Of a DNA stretch of 64,000 bases, positions 63,822 through 64,000 are shown in pieces. Every line of letters begins with the position of its first letter. Position 1 is the stretch's first letter. The stretch spans positions 148,306,001 through 148,370,000 of the forward strand of contig NC_058368.1 of NCBI RefSeq assembly GCF_018350175.1, given 5' to 3'. Source of the stretch: Felis catus (lineage: Eukaryota). The notes beneath the pieces were generated by a model, which saw only the letters and a program-made list of their open reading frames with translations, searched no databases and had not been told where the DNA came from. The translations under genes and the position numbers were made by a program.

Positions 63822-63986
63822 ATGAGTGGGAGAGGAGCAGAGAGAAAGGGAGACACAGAATCTGAAGCAGGCTCCAGGTTCTGAGCTGTCAGCACAGAGT
63901 CAGACGCAGGGCTTGAACTCAGGAATGTGAGATTATGAACTGAGCCAAAGTAGGATGCTTAACCAACTGAGCCACCCAGGCACCCC
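63716..63986 (-). mobile_element. CAN-SINE with (GA)n
   Basis: Antisense head 'aaccaactgagccacccaggcacccc'; (GA)n ~63770-63817. Confidence 0.95.
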
Positions 63987-64000
63987 TCAATTATTTTTTC

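Noticed and set aside
2266..63986. tRNA genes at SINE heads, and the many SLSL/RERE/CVCV/THTH ORFs
   Set aside because: Heads are tRNA-derived CAN-SINE promoters followed by CT tracts, A tails and TSDs; the ORFs are translations of SINE bodies and microsatellites.

Overview
AT-rich, repeat-dense mammalian genomic DNA from a felid (cat family), judged from young tRNA-derived CAN-SINEs (SINEC_Fc type) and L1_Fc 3' ends. I could not support any intact protein-coding gene, RNA gene or CpG island; the ORF-track entries fall in SINEs, microsatellites, decayed L1/ERV or show no homology I recognise. The one recognisable gene-derived sequence is a disabled, intronless retrocopy of PAFAH1B2 on the minus strand (~4545-7078; ex-CDS 6214-6892; 3 in-frame stops, 3 frameshifts, catalytic Asp lost). 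The rest is layered transposon history: a decayed ERV-L gag-pro-pol-dUTPase body (~42.7-47.15 kb), a second ERVL/MaLR gag fragment, a near-full-length ancient L1MC (~18.4-25.2 kb), other L1 pieces (some nested), two MLT1 LTRs, MER5/MER58, MIR/L2 relics, 24 CAN-SINEs and many microsatellites. I found no evidence for a novel biological system; the findings are structural and evolutionary oddities of modest interest. Repeat subfamily names and reference comparisons come from recalled consensus sequences and need RepeatMasker/BLAST confirmation; boundaries of old repeats are approximate.
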